From Macrostomum lignano (lineage: Eukaryota), in assembly GCA_002269645.1 (NCBI GenBank), contig NIVC01001959.1, positions 1 to 64,000 on the forward strand: 64,000 nucleotides of DNA, given 5' to 3'. Below the pieces are notes generated by a model. It saw only the letters and a program-made list of their open reading frames with translations, was not told the DNA's origin and ran no database searches. The position numbers and the translations under genes are program-made. How positions within the stretch are numbered: the first letter of the stretch is position 1; each line of letters begins with the position of its first letter. This document shows, piece by piece, positions 35,550 through 64,000 of the stretch.

Positions 35550-36573
35550 TTGCGCTGGACTGCGAGCGAATGGTGACAGCTCGTGCTGGAAGATGAACGC
35601 AACAGTTAGGATGAACTAAGAGTGATTTTACGTAAACTGGTTTTACGAGTAGTATAGCAGGTGGTCTAAAGGTAATTTCCAAGTTTTTGCTTGTGTGGAT
35701 TTGTGCAAGCATTTTGAAAAACTTTGCTGGAGGTTGTCTCAGATCTAATGGACGCTACGCTAAACGTTGTTTCTAACACGATTTCACTTTAAATGCATGC
35801 ACAAATATTAAAGCAAGAATAGAAAAACTCCTACAACCTTGAAGTTGCTCGAACTAATTTGAGTCCTTTGCTTAATTAACTTTTTTTGTTAACTTGATGA
35901 AACAGTTCTCAGAAGGAAAAATACGGGTCTCCCGTTGAGCTTCGATTCAAAGAACAGCTGCAAACGGGTAGACTGTCTGTCGGCCTGTAGGTTTAGTTTG
36001 TTCGACCTTAAAACAGCTAAACTGTTATAAACAGTCGGTGGCAGTAGGCTAGAAACCAGTGGATTAACATTGATAGACAGGGCGACAAAAATCGGGAAAG
36101 CGTCGCATGCGAGAGCCAATATACGCAGGGAAAGCCGAGAGTGCACAGTTGGTGCAAAAAGCCGATGGCAAAATTGGCAAAAAAGCAGTCCCGCTTCTTG
36201 GCTAATGGCGCAAGCGTGGCCTTACATTTCAGACCGCGGCTTATCGACAGACAATGTTTACAATTTCAAATTGTATTGTATATAAGCAGCTCAACAGTTG
36301 ATTAGATTGACAGAAGCAGTACGTAGTGTTCCCAGTATGAGGTTTGGAGAGTTTAAATCAAATACAAGGATTTTATGCCGTCTGTACTCGTCATTTTTAA
36401 AAAATCTTGTTGAGGTCCTGCAGTTCACGATTTTCACATATTTGGTAGGAGTACCGGAATCGCGAGAATTACGATAGAATCAGGAATTAAATGTCAGAAT
36501 TAGGAACAGAAATTATGATCTGCTGTATATATCAAGTGCATTGTATCATTTGAAAGACTTTCTTGGGGTCCGA

Positions 36574-37144
36574 CATTGTCCCACGCTGTACACTCATTGT
36601 CCCACGCTGTACACTCATTGTCCCACGCTGTACACTCATTGTCCCACACTGTACGCTCATTGTCCTACGCTGTACACTCATTGTCCCACGTTGTATACTC
36701 ATTGTCCCACATAGTACGCTCATTGTCCTACGCTGTACACTCATTGCCCTACGCTGTACACTCATTGTCCTACGCTGTACACTCATTGCCCTACGCTGTA
36801 CACTCATTGCCCTACGCTGTATACTCATTGTCCTACGGTGTACACTCATTGTCCTACGCTGTACAATCATTGTCCTACGCTGTACACTCATTGTCCTACG
36901 CTGTACAATCATTGACCTACGCTGTACACGCATTGTCCTACGCTGTACACTCATTGTCCTACGCTGTACACTCATTGCCCTACGCTGTACACTCATTGCC
37001 CTACGCTGTATACTCATTGTCCTACGGTGTACACTCATTGTCCTACGCTGTACAATCATTGTCCTACGCTGTACACTCATTGTCCTACGCTGTACAATCA
37101 TTGACCTACGCTGTACACGCATTGTCCTACGCTGTACACTCATT
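36574..37144. repeat. 21-bp minisatellite (CATTGTCCTACGCTGTACACT), ~27 units
   Basis: Read directly; includes a 189-bp (9-unit) internal duplication. Confidence 0.97.
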
Positions 37145-38327
37145 ATTCAACGCTTCAAAGGAAGCGGTTACGGCTACTGAAATTAATTCATGAGACAATG
37201 TACTTGTGCAGAAGATTTTGTCATGGACAATGTGATTAATTTTAGTTTCGAGTAGAAAAAAATCAATAATTGTAGGTAACACGTTTAAAGTCCAAACGAA
37301 ACTGAAACCTTGAACAAAAAATCGTCAACAGTGTCGTTCGGTTAAGCTAGCAGTTTTCCATAGTCAGACCATTTTATGTCTTCAGCTGGTTATGTGTCTT
37401 CATAGATTGGCTGCATAGTTCACGCGTCTTAGGGACTAAAATTATGCTAAAAAGAGAATGCTTTAGATTCATTTCATCAATCATGGAAGCTTGTTTTGGA
37501 CTGCGACCTGGACTAGTAGAGTTCGTCAACATCTAGCTGGCAATAAATCAGTAGCCTAGCTCTTCTTAACGACGAGTTTTGTGAGAAACTGTCTATGGTA
37601 GCCGGTGGGGTCTTCGTCACATTGTTTCGTTTTGCCATAGACATTCGAGCGTGCAACAATCATGCATTGCAATAGCAATGGTTGCATGCTCCGACTGTCT
37701 ATGGCTATAAGCACCCAAAAGAACACTATCCCATTAAAGAATGCATGACTCGTATGTAGTTCGCACTTAACTGACACGCGTTGAAGCACTATTACACTAT
37801 ATAGTAGATCAGTTAAGCAGACGTTTTTTAAACACGAATTCAGTACCAACCGTACAAAACGATCAATCATTTGATGCCCCGGAGTCTGAGTAGATGAAGA
37901 CTGGAATAATAGCATGTTTTTTCATGTCTGCTATTACAATACCAGCAGGGCTTTTGAGTTGACTTCAGTGCAGGCGTGAGTCTCTCCTAATTGGATTATG
38001 GGAAGCGAGTAAATCCAGCTGCCCAATGCTGTTGAATATTTAAACCCCCCAGCGACCTTGTCTGTCTGGTAGTTAATGTCTATGGCCACAATCGCTACGC
38101 TCGTATAATTTGTTCGAAGGCTCTTCGCGTAATTTAAACTCTGCCTTTTGAACAGCCGTAGTTCAGTTTTGTTTCATCTGAAAAAACTACTGCTACGCGA
38201 TTACTGCTACTGCGAGTATTATATCGCTGTTAGCAATCGAATTTCTCTTGCAGCATTCGAAAGTGACGCGTTGGCCCTCAGCAACCACCGATGCACACTT
38301 TTCAGCATTACAGGCAAAATAGTTAAA

Positions 38328-38987
38328 ATCCACCCTCCCTGAGAATCACTCCTGATTCAACCTCCCTACCCGATAAACACTCCTGCTCCACCCTCCCTAC
38401 TCGAGAATCACTCCTGCTCCACCCTCCCTACTCGAGAATCACTCCTGCTCCACCCTCCCTACTCGAGAATCACTCCTGCTCCACCCTCCCTACTCGAGAA
38501 TCACTCCTGTTCCACCCTCCCTACTCGAGAATCACTCCTGCTCCACCCTCCCTACCAGAGAATCACTCCTGTTCCACCCTCCCTACCAGAGAATCACTCC
38601 TGCTCCACCCTCCCTACCAGAGAATCACTCCTGCTCCACCCTCCCTACTCGAGAATCACTCCTGTTCCACCCTCCCTACTCGAGAATCACTCCTGCTCCA
38701 CCCTCCCTACTCGAGAATCACTCCTGCTCCACCCTCCCTACTCGAGAATCACTCCTGTTCCACCCTCCCTACTCGAGAATCACTCCTGCTCCACCCTCCC
38801 TACCAGAGAATCACTCCTGTTCCACCCTCCCTACCAGAGAATCACTCCTGCTCCACCCTCCCTACCAGAGAATCACTCCTGCTCCACCCTCCCTACCAGA
38901 GAATCACTCCTGTTCCACCCTCCCTACCAGAGAATCACTCCTGTTCCACCCTCCCTACCAGAGAATCACTCCTGCTCCACCCTCCCT
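38328..38987. repeat. 31-bp minisatellite (GAGAATCACTCCTGCTCCACCCTCCCTACTC), ~21 units
   Basis: Read directly. Confidence 0.97.
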
Positions 38988-39282
38988 CCCAAGTTTCAGA
39001 TGCGGCAATGACCCTAACAGTGCAAACTGAGGCTTAAATAGAAAAGTGCAAACTGTGCAAATGTTTTGATTTTTTTAAATCTTTCGCCAAACAGACCAAT
39101 ACTGACTGTTTACATGAATTTGATGCAGCCTAAACTAAACTGCGCATGACAGCTTTTGACTCCTCGGATAAACAAAAGTGAAACAGTGGGCTCGCAGTGG
39201 AGGTCGTGGAAAGTGATGAAAGGCAAACCGTAAACTACATGTATAAGTAATACCTGGTTCCGTTTCTTGTGATAGTTTGACG

Positions 39283-39902
<620 letters not shown>

Positions 39903-40375
39903 ATTCGAGCTACCACGAAAATTTCTTACCTGACAAAATGAATTTCCGAAATGTAAAAATCACTACGTTTTATGCAGTGCTACATTCAAAACAGATTTTT
40001 GTATTTTGCACTTTCTTGCTAAATATTTTGTGCATGGTTCTGCTGCACACTGCGTCCCCACTGTGGAAGCTAGTTTTGTCTTGGCGGATGTTATGCTGGA
40101 GGAACAAGGATTTCCATTCTGCGGTCCCCCTTTGATTGCACCAACGAAGCAGAGAAGCTGGAATGCGAACTATGGCAGCTTGAAATAGATTTCATCACAA
40201 ACTGCGTCAGGTAGAGAAAGTTTTTCATTAGCTAAATTGGTGTGAAGTGTCACACACGGACTTTCCCTTACACAAGCGCTCATGACCATTATCAGCTGCA
40301 AGCACAAATAAAAGAACTTTTTTGCCTGCTTGATCTTTTTTTGACAAAAGATTCGTTAGTCTCGCATTTGTGTAC

Positions 40376-42221
40376 CTGTCTCTTAGTTGGCGCCACTGTC
40401 TCTTAGTTGGCGCCTCTGTCTCTTAGTTGGTGCCCATGTTTCTTAGTTGGCGCCACTGTCTCTTAGTTGGCGCCCATGTCTCTTAGTTGGCGCCTCTGTC
40501 TCTTAGTTGGCGCCCATGTTTCTTAGTTGGCGCCACTGTCTTTTAGTTGGCGCCCAATGTCTTTTATTTGGCGCCATGTCTCTTACTTGGCGCCCATGTC
40601 TTTTAGTTGGCGGCCATGTATCTTAGTTGGCGCCACTGTCTCTTAGTTGGCGCCCATGTATCTTAGTTGGCGCCACTGTCTCTTAGTTGGCGCCTCTGTC
40701 TCTTAGTTGGCGCCCATGATTCTTAGTTGGCGCCACTGTCTTTTAGTTGGCGCCTCTATCTCTTAGTTGGCGCCCATGTTTCTTAGTTGGCGCCACTGTC
40801 TTTTAGCTGGCGCCACTGTCTTTTAGTTGGCGCCCATGTCTTTTATTTGGCGCCATGTCTCTTAGTTGGCGCCCATGTATCTTAGTTGGCGCCACTGTCT
40901 TTTAGCTGGCGCCACTGTCTTTTAGTTGGCGCCCATGTCATTTATTTGGCGCCATGTCTCTTAGTTGGCGCCCATGTATCTTAGTTGGCGCCACTGTCTT
41001 TTAGCTGGCGCCACTGTCTTTTAGTTGGCGCCCATGTCATTTATTTGGCGCCATGTCTCTTAGTTGGCGCCCATGTATCTTAGTTGGCGCCACTGTCTCT
41101 TAGTTGGCGCCCATGTATCTTAGTTGGCGCCCATGTCTCTTAGTTGGCGCCTCTGTCTCTTAGTTGGCGCCCATGTTTCTTAGTTGGCGCCCACGTCTCT
41201 TAGTTGGCGCCCATGTTTCTTAGTTGGCGCCACTGTCTTTTAGTTGGCGCCCATGTCTTTTATTTGGCGCCATGTCTCTTAGTTGGCGCCCATGTCTTTT
41301 ATTTGGCGCCCATGTATCTTAGTTGGCGCCACTGTCTCTTAGTTGGCGCCCATGTATCTTAGTTGGCGCCCATGTTTCTTAGTTGGCGCCTCTGTCTCTT
41401 AGTTGGCGCCTCTGTCTCTTAGTTGGCGCCTCTGTCTCTTAGTTGGCGCCCATGTCTTTTAGTTGGCGGCCATGTATCTTAGTTGGCGCCACTGTCTCTT
41501 AGTTGGCGCCCATTTATCTTAGTTGGCGCCACTGTCTCTTAGTTGGCGCCTCTGTCTCTTAGTTGGCGCCCATGATTCTTAGTTGGCGCCACTGTCTTTT
41601 AGTTGGCGCCTCTATCTCTTAGTTGGCGCCCATGTTTCTTAGTTGGCGCCACTGTCTTTTAGCTGGCGCCACTGTCTTTTAGTTGGCGCCCATGTCTTTT
41701 ATTTGGCGCCATGTCTCTTAGTTGGCGCCCATGTATCTTAGTTGGCGCCACTGTCTTTTAGCTGGCGCCACTGTCTTTTAGTTGGCGCCCATGTCATTTA
41801 TTTGGCGCCATGTCTCTTAGTTGGCGCCCATGTATCTTAGTTGGCGCCACTGTCTCTTAGTTGGCGCCCATGTATCTTAGTTGGCGCCTCTGTCTCTTAG
41901 TTGGCGCCTCTGTCTCTTAGTTGGCGCCCATGTTTCTTAGTTGGCGCCCACGTCTCTTAGTTGGCGCCCATGTTTCTTAGTTGGCGCCACTGTCTTTTAG
42001 TTGGCGCCCATGTCTTTTATTTGGCGCCATGTCTCTTAGTTGGCGCCCATGTCTTTTATTTGGCGCCCATGTATCTTAGTTGGCGCCACTGTCTCTTAGT
42101 TGGCGCCCATGTATCTTAGTTGGCGCCCATGTTTCTTAGTTGGCGCCTCTGTCTCTTAGTTGGCGCCTCTGTCTCTTAGTTGGCGCCTCTGTCTCTTAGT
42201 TGGCGCCACTGTCTTTTAGTT
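40376..42221. repeat. ~21-bp satellite (TGTCTCTTAGTTGGCGCCCA), 1.85 kb, with higher-order duplication
   Basis: Read directly; the rare GGCGGCC variant recurs at 40609 and 41465 followed by the same variant order. Confidence 0.97.
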
Positions 42222-42768
42222 AAGAAGAAATAAGCCTTCAAATGGAGCAGTTGTTATTGCACAAACAGCTGTACCATATTTTACTATTGCAATGCTATTT
42301 TTCTTGTTTTGTTTTCTTCAGCTTGGAAATTTCAGCTAGTGGTGTGAAAACTGTAATCAAAGTTTTCTATCTGTTATTTATTAATTTAAGTGCAGATTTT
42401 TGGGCCCCACAGAGCGCTCAAGTCTAGTGCATTTTCATAACCCCCTCGAATATATTTATGTAAAGAGTCTCATTGTCTGTTTAAATAAGCCCGTATAAGT
42501 CTGGTGCATGGCACCGCATTTATTCTGTTATTAGCCGTGCGACATAAAGGCTACAATAAATGGGCAAAACTGCACGCTCGCCCAAGCTACTCTGACGTTG
42601 AATATAGAATTGCTATTTTTATGACCAGCGGGAAGAAGCCACTCGCCCTCCTAAGCGATGCCATTGGCCCCGGGGGGATGCAATGAGATGCTCCGATGCC
42701 ATCCCCCGCTAGCGGCATCGCTCGTAAAACAGGGGCAAGCGAGAGAGAATGACAGATTGAATGTCGCT

Positions 42769-47077
<4,309 letters not shown>

Positions 47078-47104
47078 GTGAGTTCAGCTGCCAGTTTATC
47101 ATAC

Positions 47105-48190
47105 TGTCTCCCTCCCCCGCTCTCTGTCTCCCTCTCCCTCTCTCTCCTCCTTGCTCTCTGTCTCCCTCTCTCTCCTCCTTGCTCTCTGTCTCCCTCTCTC
47201 TCTCCTCCTTGCTCTCTGTCTCTCTCTCTCCTCCTTGCTCTCTGTCTCTCTCTCTCCTCCTTGCTCTCTGTCTCCCTCTCTCCCCTCCTTGCTCTCTGTC
47301 TCTCTCTCTCCTCCTTGCTCTCTGTCTCTCTCTCTCCTCCTTGCTCTCTGTCTCCCTCTCTCTTCCTTGCTCTCTGTCTCCCTCTCTCCTCCTTGCTCTC
47401 TGTCTCCCTCTCTCTCCTCCTTGCTCTCTGTCTCCCTCTCTCTCTCCTCCTTGCTCTCTGTCTCCCTCTCTCTCTCCTCCTTGCTCTCTGTCTCTCTCTC
47501 TCCCCTCCTTGCTCTCTGTCTCCCTCTCTCTCTCCTCCTTGCTCTCTGTCTCCCTCTCTCTCCCCTCCTTGCTCTCTGTCTCTCTCTCTCTCCCCTCCTT
47601 GCTCTCTGTCTCTCTCTCTCCTCCTTGCTCTCTGTCTCCCTCTCTCTCCCCTCCTTGCTCTCTGTCTCCCTCTCTCTCCCCTCCTTGCTCTCTGTCTCTC
47701 TCTCTCCTCCTTGCTCTCTGTCTCTCTCTCTCTCCTCCTTGCTCTCTGTCTCCCTCTCTCTCTCCTCCTTGCTCTCTGTCTCCCTCTCTCTCCTCCTTGC
47801 TCTCTGTCTCCCTCTCTCTCTCCTCCTTGCTCTCTGTCTCCCTCTCTCTCTCCTTGCTCTCTGTCTCCCTCTCTCTCCTCTTTGCTCTCTGTCTCCCTCA
47901 CTCTCTCTACTTCTTTCTGTCTCCCTCTCTCTCCACTTCTCACTGTCTCCGTCTCTTCCCCCTCTCTTCCCCCTCTCTTTTTCACCCTCTGTTTCCCTCT
48001 CATTTTTCCCTCTCATTTGCCCCTATCACTGTCTCCCCCTCTCGCTGGCTCCCTTCTCACTGTCTCCCCCCTCTCTCCCCCTCACTGTCTCCCTCTATTC
48101 CCCCCCTGTTACTGTCTACCCTCTCACTGTCTCCTTCTCCATTCCCCTCTTCACTCCCTCTCTCTTTTCCTTTCCTCTCACCGTTTCTCT
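47105..48190. repeat. CT-rich repeat (CTCCTCCTTGCTCTCTGTCTCCCTCTCT units) grading into low-complexity pyrimidine DNA
   Basis: Read directly; source of the 547, 422 and 357 aa spurious ORFs. Confidence 0.95.
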
Positions 48191-48719
48191 CTCTGTCCTC
48201 TCCATCTCACGGCTCCGACGGTGAGAATCTCGCAATTTGAATTCCGAACGAAGAGTTCGTATTTTTAGCACTCTCAATTATTTTGATGTTTCTTAATTCT
48301 TTTTTAAATTGTCTGTGAAAAAAGTTTTTTTCTGCTGCCCTTCAAACTATGCTACTATCAGTTTACCCGGTAAGTAGTGTACAGTGAAGGGGACAGAAAA
48401 TATTCGAGAATTGGCCGCGATAATTTCTAGCCTTGGTATAAACACACAAATAGCAGAGCAGGGGAGGCGGGGCCAAGTGCCCTGCCCATCCCTCTCATTT
48501 CCTCCGGAAGTACCTCCGACTGCCCGGCCGGATCCCCAGCTGCGCGCGCGCCTTTTTCTATAATTTAGCCAGCCTTAATGAGGCTGCAGGATGAGGGCGC
48601 AGGCTGGGCTGGGCTGGGCGGACTGAGACAGGCTAAGAATTTTGCCTGAGCTCCCATGCGGCCAGCGACTGTTGGGATGCGGTTGGGGTCATTTGGGATG
48701 AGGTTTGACGAGGATTAGA

Positions 48720-49070
48720 GTGATGGGATGGGGATGGAGATTAGTGTGGAAAGAGGATGGGTGTGGGATGGGAATGGTAACTTGGATGTGCATCAATATA
48801 GTGATGGGGATGGGGATGGAATGGGTGTGGGGATGGGTGTGGGATGGGAATGGTAACTTGGATGTGCATCAATATAGTGATGGGGATAGGGATGGGAATG
48901 TGGATGGGGATGGGTGTGGGAATGGGGATGGGGATGGGTGTGGGGTTGGTGTGGGAATGGGGATGGGGATGGGTGTGGGAATGGGGATGGGGATGGGTGT
49001 GGGAATGGGGATGGGGATGGGTGTGGGATTGGGGATGGGGATGGGTGTGGGGTTGGTAATATGGGGATTG
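48720..49070. repeat. G-rich GGGAT/GGGTGT repeat
   Basis: Read directly. Confidence 0.85.
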
Positions 49071-49435
49071 GGGAGATCAGAGAAGCGGTCAGACTCCTGC
49101 GCAGTTGTCTCCGCTCGCGTCAGAGGCGTTGGGTGAGGCAACACATGGGTTGCAGATGCTCTACAGGTCGGAACTCATTTGCAATTATTGATTAAATAAA
49201 GCGGAGGGCGGCAGAGGGGCCGTTCGGGGAAGGCAGAAATGCGGCACTTGTCTTCTGCCCTAAGAAATATTCGGACGGCACAGGAAACAGGTTTGCTTCT
49301 GCAGCCTGTAGAAGCTGGCGAGATGTGTCGGCTTGTTGAAAACAATTTTATCCAGCGCACGATGCAGCTGCGACCTCCTCTTCTCACTGTGTTTTTCGAT
49401 ATCTTCTAGCAAAACCTGTTTAACCCCTTGCTAGG

Positions 49436-49788
<353 letters not shown>

Positions 49789-50285
49789 TAAAACGCATGC
49801 TGAAAGTCACGAAGTGTCTGAAATATTAGACTAAAACTAAACGCACGGACGCCATGGAGACCCGGTGGAAAATGTGTGTCTGTCCCCCCCTCTCTCCCGC
49901 CCGCCCGCTTGCCCCTGTGATGGATTGAGTGGCGCAGTTCAAGACTGCGGGAAGCGGGCAGCCAGCAACTGAGGCTGAGGCGCAAGGCCCAGCAGCAGTG
50001 CATGCTTGGAACAGCCTGCGCGCCATACTTCTTTCTGCTGCTGGATTTCAAAGCGGATGGCCCAGGAAGGCCGGGACCGCCTGTCGCGCCCTGCCGTACC
50101 GCCAATTCCACATCTTGTCGGTCTGTAAGAGAGAAGGCAAAAAAAGAAGAAAACTGATAAAAGTTCGGCTATGCTGATGAGAGAAAAAAACAACTTGACA
50201 GACCAGACGTCTGAGCTTATGAAATTCATTTCAAGTTCTTTTCTTCACTGATGGAGGCAGCGCTTTCACCGCCAGTGCTACAAGC

Positions 50286-50859
50286 TCACCCTGTTCACCA
50301 GTTCACCCTGTTCACCAGTTCACCCTGTTCACCAGTTCACCCTGTTCACCAGTTCACCCTGTTCACCAGTTCACCCTGTTCACCAGTTCACCCTGTTCAC
50401 CAGTTCACCCTGTTCACCAGTTCACCCTGTTCACCAGTTCACCCTGTTCACCAGTTCACCCTGTTCACCAGTTCACCCTGTTCACCAGTTCACCCTGTTC
50501 ACCAGTTCACCCTGTTCACCAGTTCACCCTGTTCACCAGTTCACCCTGTTCACCAGTTCACCCTGTTCACCAGTTCACCCTGTTCACCAGTTCACCCTGT
50601 TCACCAGTTCACCCTGTTCACCAGTTCACCCTGTTCACCAGTTCACCCTGTTCACCAGTTCACCCTGTTCACCAGTTCACCCTGTTCACCAGTTCACCCT
50701 GTTCACCAGTTCACCCTGTTCACCAGTTCACCCTGTTCACCAGTTCACCCTGTTCACCAGTTCACCCTGTTCACCAGTTCACCCTGTTCACCAGTTCACC
50801 CTGTTCACCAGTTCACCCTGTTCACCAGTTCACCCTGTTCACCAGTTCACCCTGTTCAC
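50286..50859. repeat. Essentially perfect 17-bp repeat (TTCACCAGTTCACCCTG), ~33 units
   Basis: Read directly; the unit is itself an 8+9-bp dimer. Confidence 0.98.
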
Positions 50860-51199
50860 ATCATCTATTTGTAACTCAGACTTGAATTGCGTCACAGACT
50901 TGAAAATGCAGTGTGGAAGCGTAGCACCAGACTTGATATAGATTGCGTAACCATATTGTTAACTGATACTGACCGACTGAGAAAATGATTATGTCATAAC
51001 TGCTTCGTGTGATTTACTTTAAGCGACTTGATTTGAGTGTTGAATTATAAGTGCTACAATTCATGTCATCGAAACAATAAGAGCTAGCCTAGAGGTGAGC
51101 AGACTGAACTGCTAAATGCAGCGACGATGGTTCGAATTTTCAGAGAGTAGAGTTTTTTAAAATAACACTTTTAACGTCAAGAAAACTAAATTTGTCTTT

Positions 51200-52566
51200 T
51201 TAAAAAGCGTCATGTAAAAAATCATAGAAGCGTCATGTAAAAAATCATAGAAGCGTCATGTAAAACTGTGCTGTGACTCTTGGGGAGAATTACTGAGATG
51301 TCAAGGCTCACGGAGAATAACGGAGATGTGATGGATTACTGGGGGGATTTCTGAGATACTTCAAAGTACATGTACTTTACTCAATTTTTTTATTACATTC
51401 TTTGTTGGCTCGCCTCGGGGGGGGGGCGCTGATAGAAGAAGAGTCATGTAAAAAAGAAAATAAGCATTATGTAGACATAAAAGAAAAGTCATGTCGAAGT
51501 TAAAAGATTCATTTGGGAATTGCTACGATGTCAAGGCTTGGAGAGAATCGCTATAATGCTGTGATTCTTGGGGAAGAATCACAAAAATGTCAAGGCTTAG
51601 GGGAGAAGAATTGCTGAGATGTCAAGGCTTTAGGGTTAGGGTTAGGGTTAGATTTAGGTCAGGTTTAGGTTTAGGGTTGGGGTTTCAAGGTTGACAGGGG
51701 ATTTTTCGGATTTCAAGGTTTATGGGGGGCATCGCTGAGATGACACGGCTCACAAGGGATTGCTGAGGTTATTGCAAAGAAAAGCTGTAGTTTCGTTTAA
51801 ACAGGTAGCTTATTCAAAAGTAGAATAAAGCCTTCACAAAAAAGCATCATGTCAGACATGAAAGAAGCGTCATGTAAAAAACGTCACATGAAACTGTGTG
51901 CTGTGACTCTTGGGGAGAATTACTATGATGTAAAAGCTTATGGGGGGGGGGAATAACTGAGATGTCAAGGCTAAAGTCAGAAGCTACATGTAGTTTATTC
52001 AATTTATTATTACATTCTTTGTTGGCTTGCCACGGGGGCACTGATAGAAGAAGCGTCATGTAATAAAAACGTAAGCATTATTTTTAAAAAATAATAGCTC
52101 ACGGGGGGGAATAGATGAGATGTCAAGGCTCACGGGGGAATAACTGAGATGTCAAGGCTAAAGTCAGAAGCTACATGTAGTTTATTGAAAACTTTTTATT
52201 ACATTATTTGTTGCCTCCTCAGGGGAGGGATCGCTGATAGAAAAAGCGAAATGTAAAAAATAAAAGAAGCTTCATGTCGAAGTTAAGAGATTCATTTGGG
52301 AATCGCTATAAACGCTGTCATGCTATAATGACTCTTGGGGAGAATTACCGAAATGTCAATGATTTAGGGTTAGGGTTAGGGTTAGGGTTAGGGTTAGAAG
52401 GTTGACAGATTTTTTAAGATTTCAAGGCTTATGGGGGGAATTGCTGAGATGTCAAGGCTTACAAGGGACTGCTGAGGTATATTGCAAAGAGACGCTACAT
52501 GTAGTTTATTAAAAAAACTTGTTGTTCTGCGTTTTTGGCTCCCCAACGGGGGGCGCTGATTGCTAT
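51200..52566 (+). mobile_element. Second Helitron-like element with two internal (TTAGGG)n tracts
   Basis: Ends GGCTCCCCAACGGGGGGCGCTGATTGCTAT (hairpin plus CTAT, variant of CTAG). TTAGGG tracts at 51630-51651 and 52364-52397. Subrepeats GAGATGTCAAGGCT are shared with 13978-16190. Confidence 0.6.
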
Positions 52567-53314
52567 TCTATGCTAACGTTGTTCCTTCATCATCATTGGT
52601 TGGTTCGGATCCAGCATCGATGATTACGTCATTAGAGAATCGAGAGCGGTTGCTATAAACAGAATATAAGTAATTAATTAATGAAGAGAAGCGCGGGCAG
52701 GGCTGCTGCTCGCAGTCATAGATCACATGGCGGAGCGGGGGAAGCTGGCCAGCCGCATCTGTGGGAGGACCCGGAATTCCCCAGAGGGTGGGACGGACAG
52801 CCAAGTACCGGGTGGTGATTTGCTCTCACTGTATTTCTGCATGTATATTGGTTGCATGCGGGAGCTCAGGCAGCATTGAGAGCAAACTACCCGCGTTACA
52901 TTGGCTAGGTGTCGCACTGCCGGACCCCGCGGAGAAAATAATGATTTTATATCAAGGCCAGCTCAGGGGGGGGATAACGGCGAAAAACCGGGGAGCGCGC
53001 GGCACTGAAGAGAGAATAGGAAGATTCGATGGATCTGCTTCTCTTCCCTGCACTCCGCACCCCCTCTGCCCCTGCCGTGTCAACTCCAGCCTATCAGAGC
53101 CGCCTCACTCTCCACTGGGACGGGGTGGCAGAGGAGGAGAGGAAACTGAAAAAGGGGCTGTTGTTGAAGAAAAAAGTGCCGGCAACTAGGAGAGACCTGC
53201 CTCCATCGTGGCTTGCCGCCTTGACGAATTGTCACGAGGCTTGGACGCTAGCTGCTCAACTTCCGGCTACTCAAAACTGATTCGCTTCATTAGCAAAGTG
53301 CTGAGTAGCCAGCA

Positions 53315-63665
<10,351 letters not shown>

Positions 63666-63682
63666 GTAAGAGCAAAGTTCTG

Positions 63683-64000
<318 letters not shown>

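Noticed and set aside
37930-38230. Minus-strand open stretch containing VVFSDETKTELRLF, like the first Tc1/mariner catalytic motif
   Set aside because: Downstream residues do not follow the DD34E pattern and no TIRs were found; probably chance.
51630-52397. TTAGGG tracts as a chromosome end or fusion site
   Set aside because: They are only 3-5 units, embedded at a fixed position within a dispersed repeat family, and not head-to-head.

Overview
Eukaryotic (metazoan) genomic DNA with AT-rich introns, GC-rich exons and very many short tandem arrays. The style resembles a free-living flatworm such as Macrostomum, but that is inference only. Gene models were reconstructed by hand from GT-AG junctions and recalled family motifs; no database search was run. 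They are: an FBXO25/FBXO32 (atrogin-type) F-box gene (+, 3944-6959, one apparent 1-nt frameshift); LRRC59 (-, 17810-10660); a divergent Rheb-like GTPase (-, 30536-22402); a FaNaC-like DEG/ENaC subunit (-, 35549-33662); and a natriuretic-peptide-receptor-type guanylyl cyclase (+, 53315 to beyond the window). The cyclase is preceded by a second signal-peptide/ANF-domain module (42769-47077) that has no clear downstream exons of its own. Non-coding DNA holds about 25 tandem arrays, several TSD-flanked non-autonomous DNA transposons (hAT-like and MULE/foldback-like), a Helitron-like family carrying internal (TTAGGG)n, two 5'-truncated RNase H-type LINE copies, and relics of 5S rRNA, a tyrosine recombinase and transposases. 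Most long ORFs in the supplied track are repeat artefacts. Leading candidates for novelty: (1) two alternative, phase-compatible N-terminal modules that may share one cyclase body; (2) Helitron-like elements dispersing telomeric repeats; (3) intronic satellites built from splice-site sequences.
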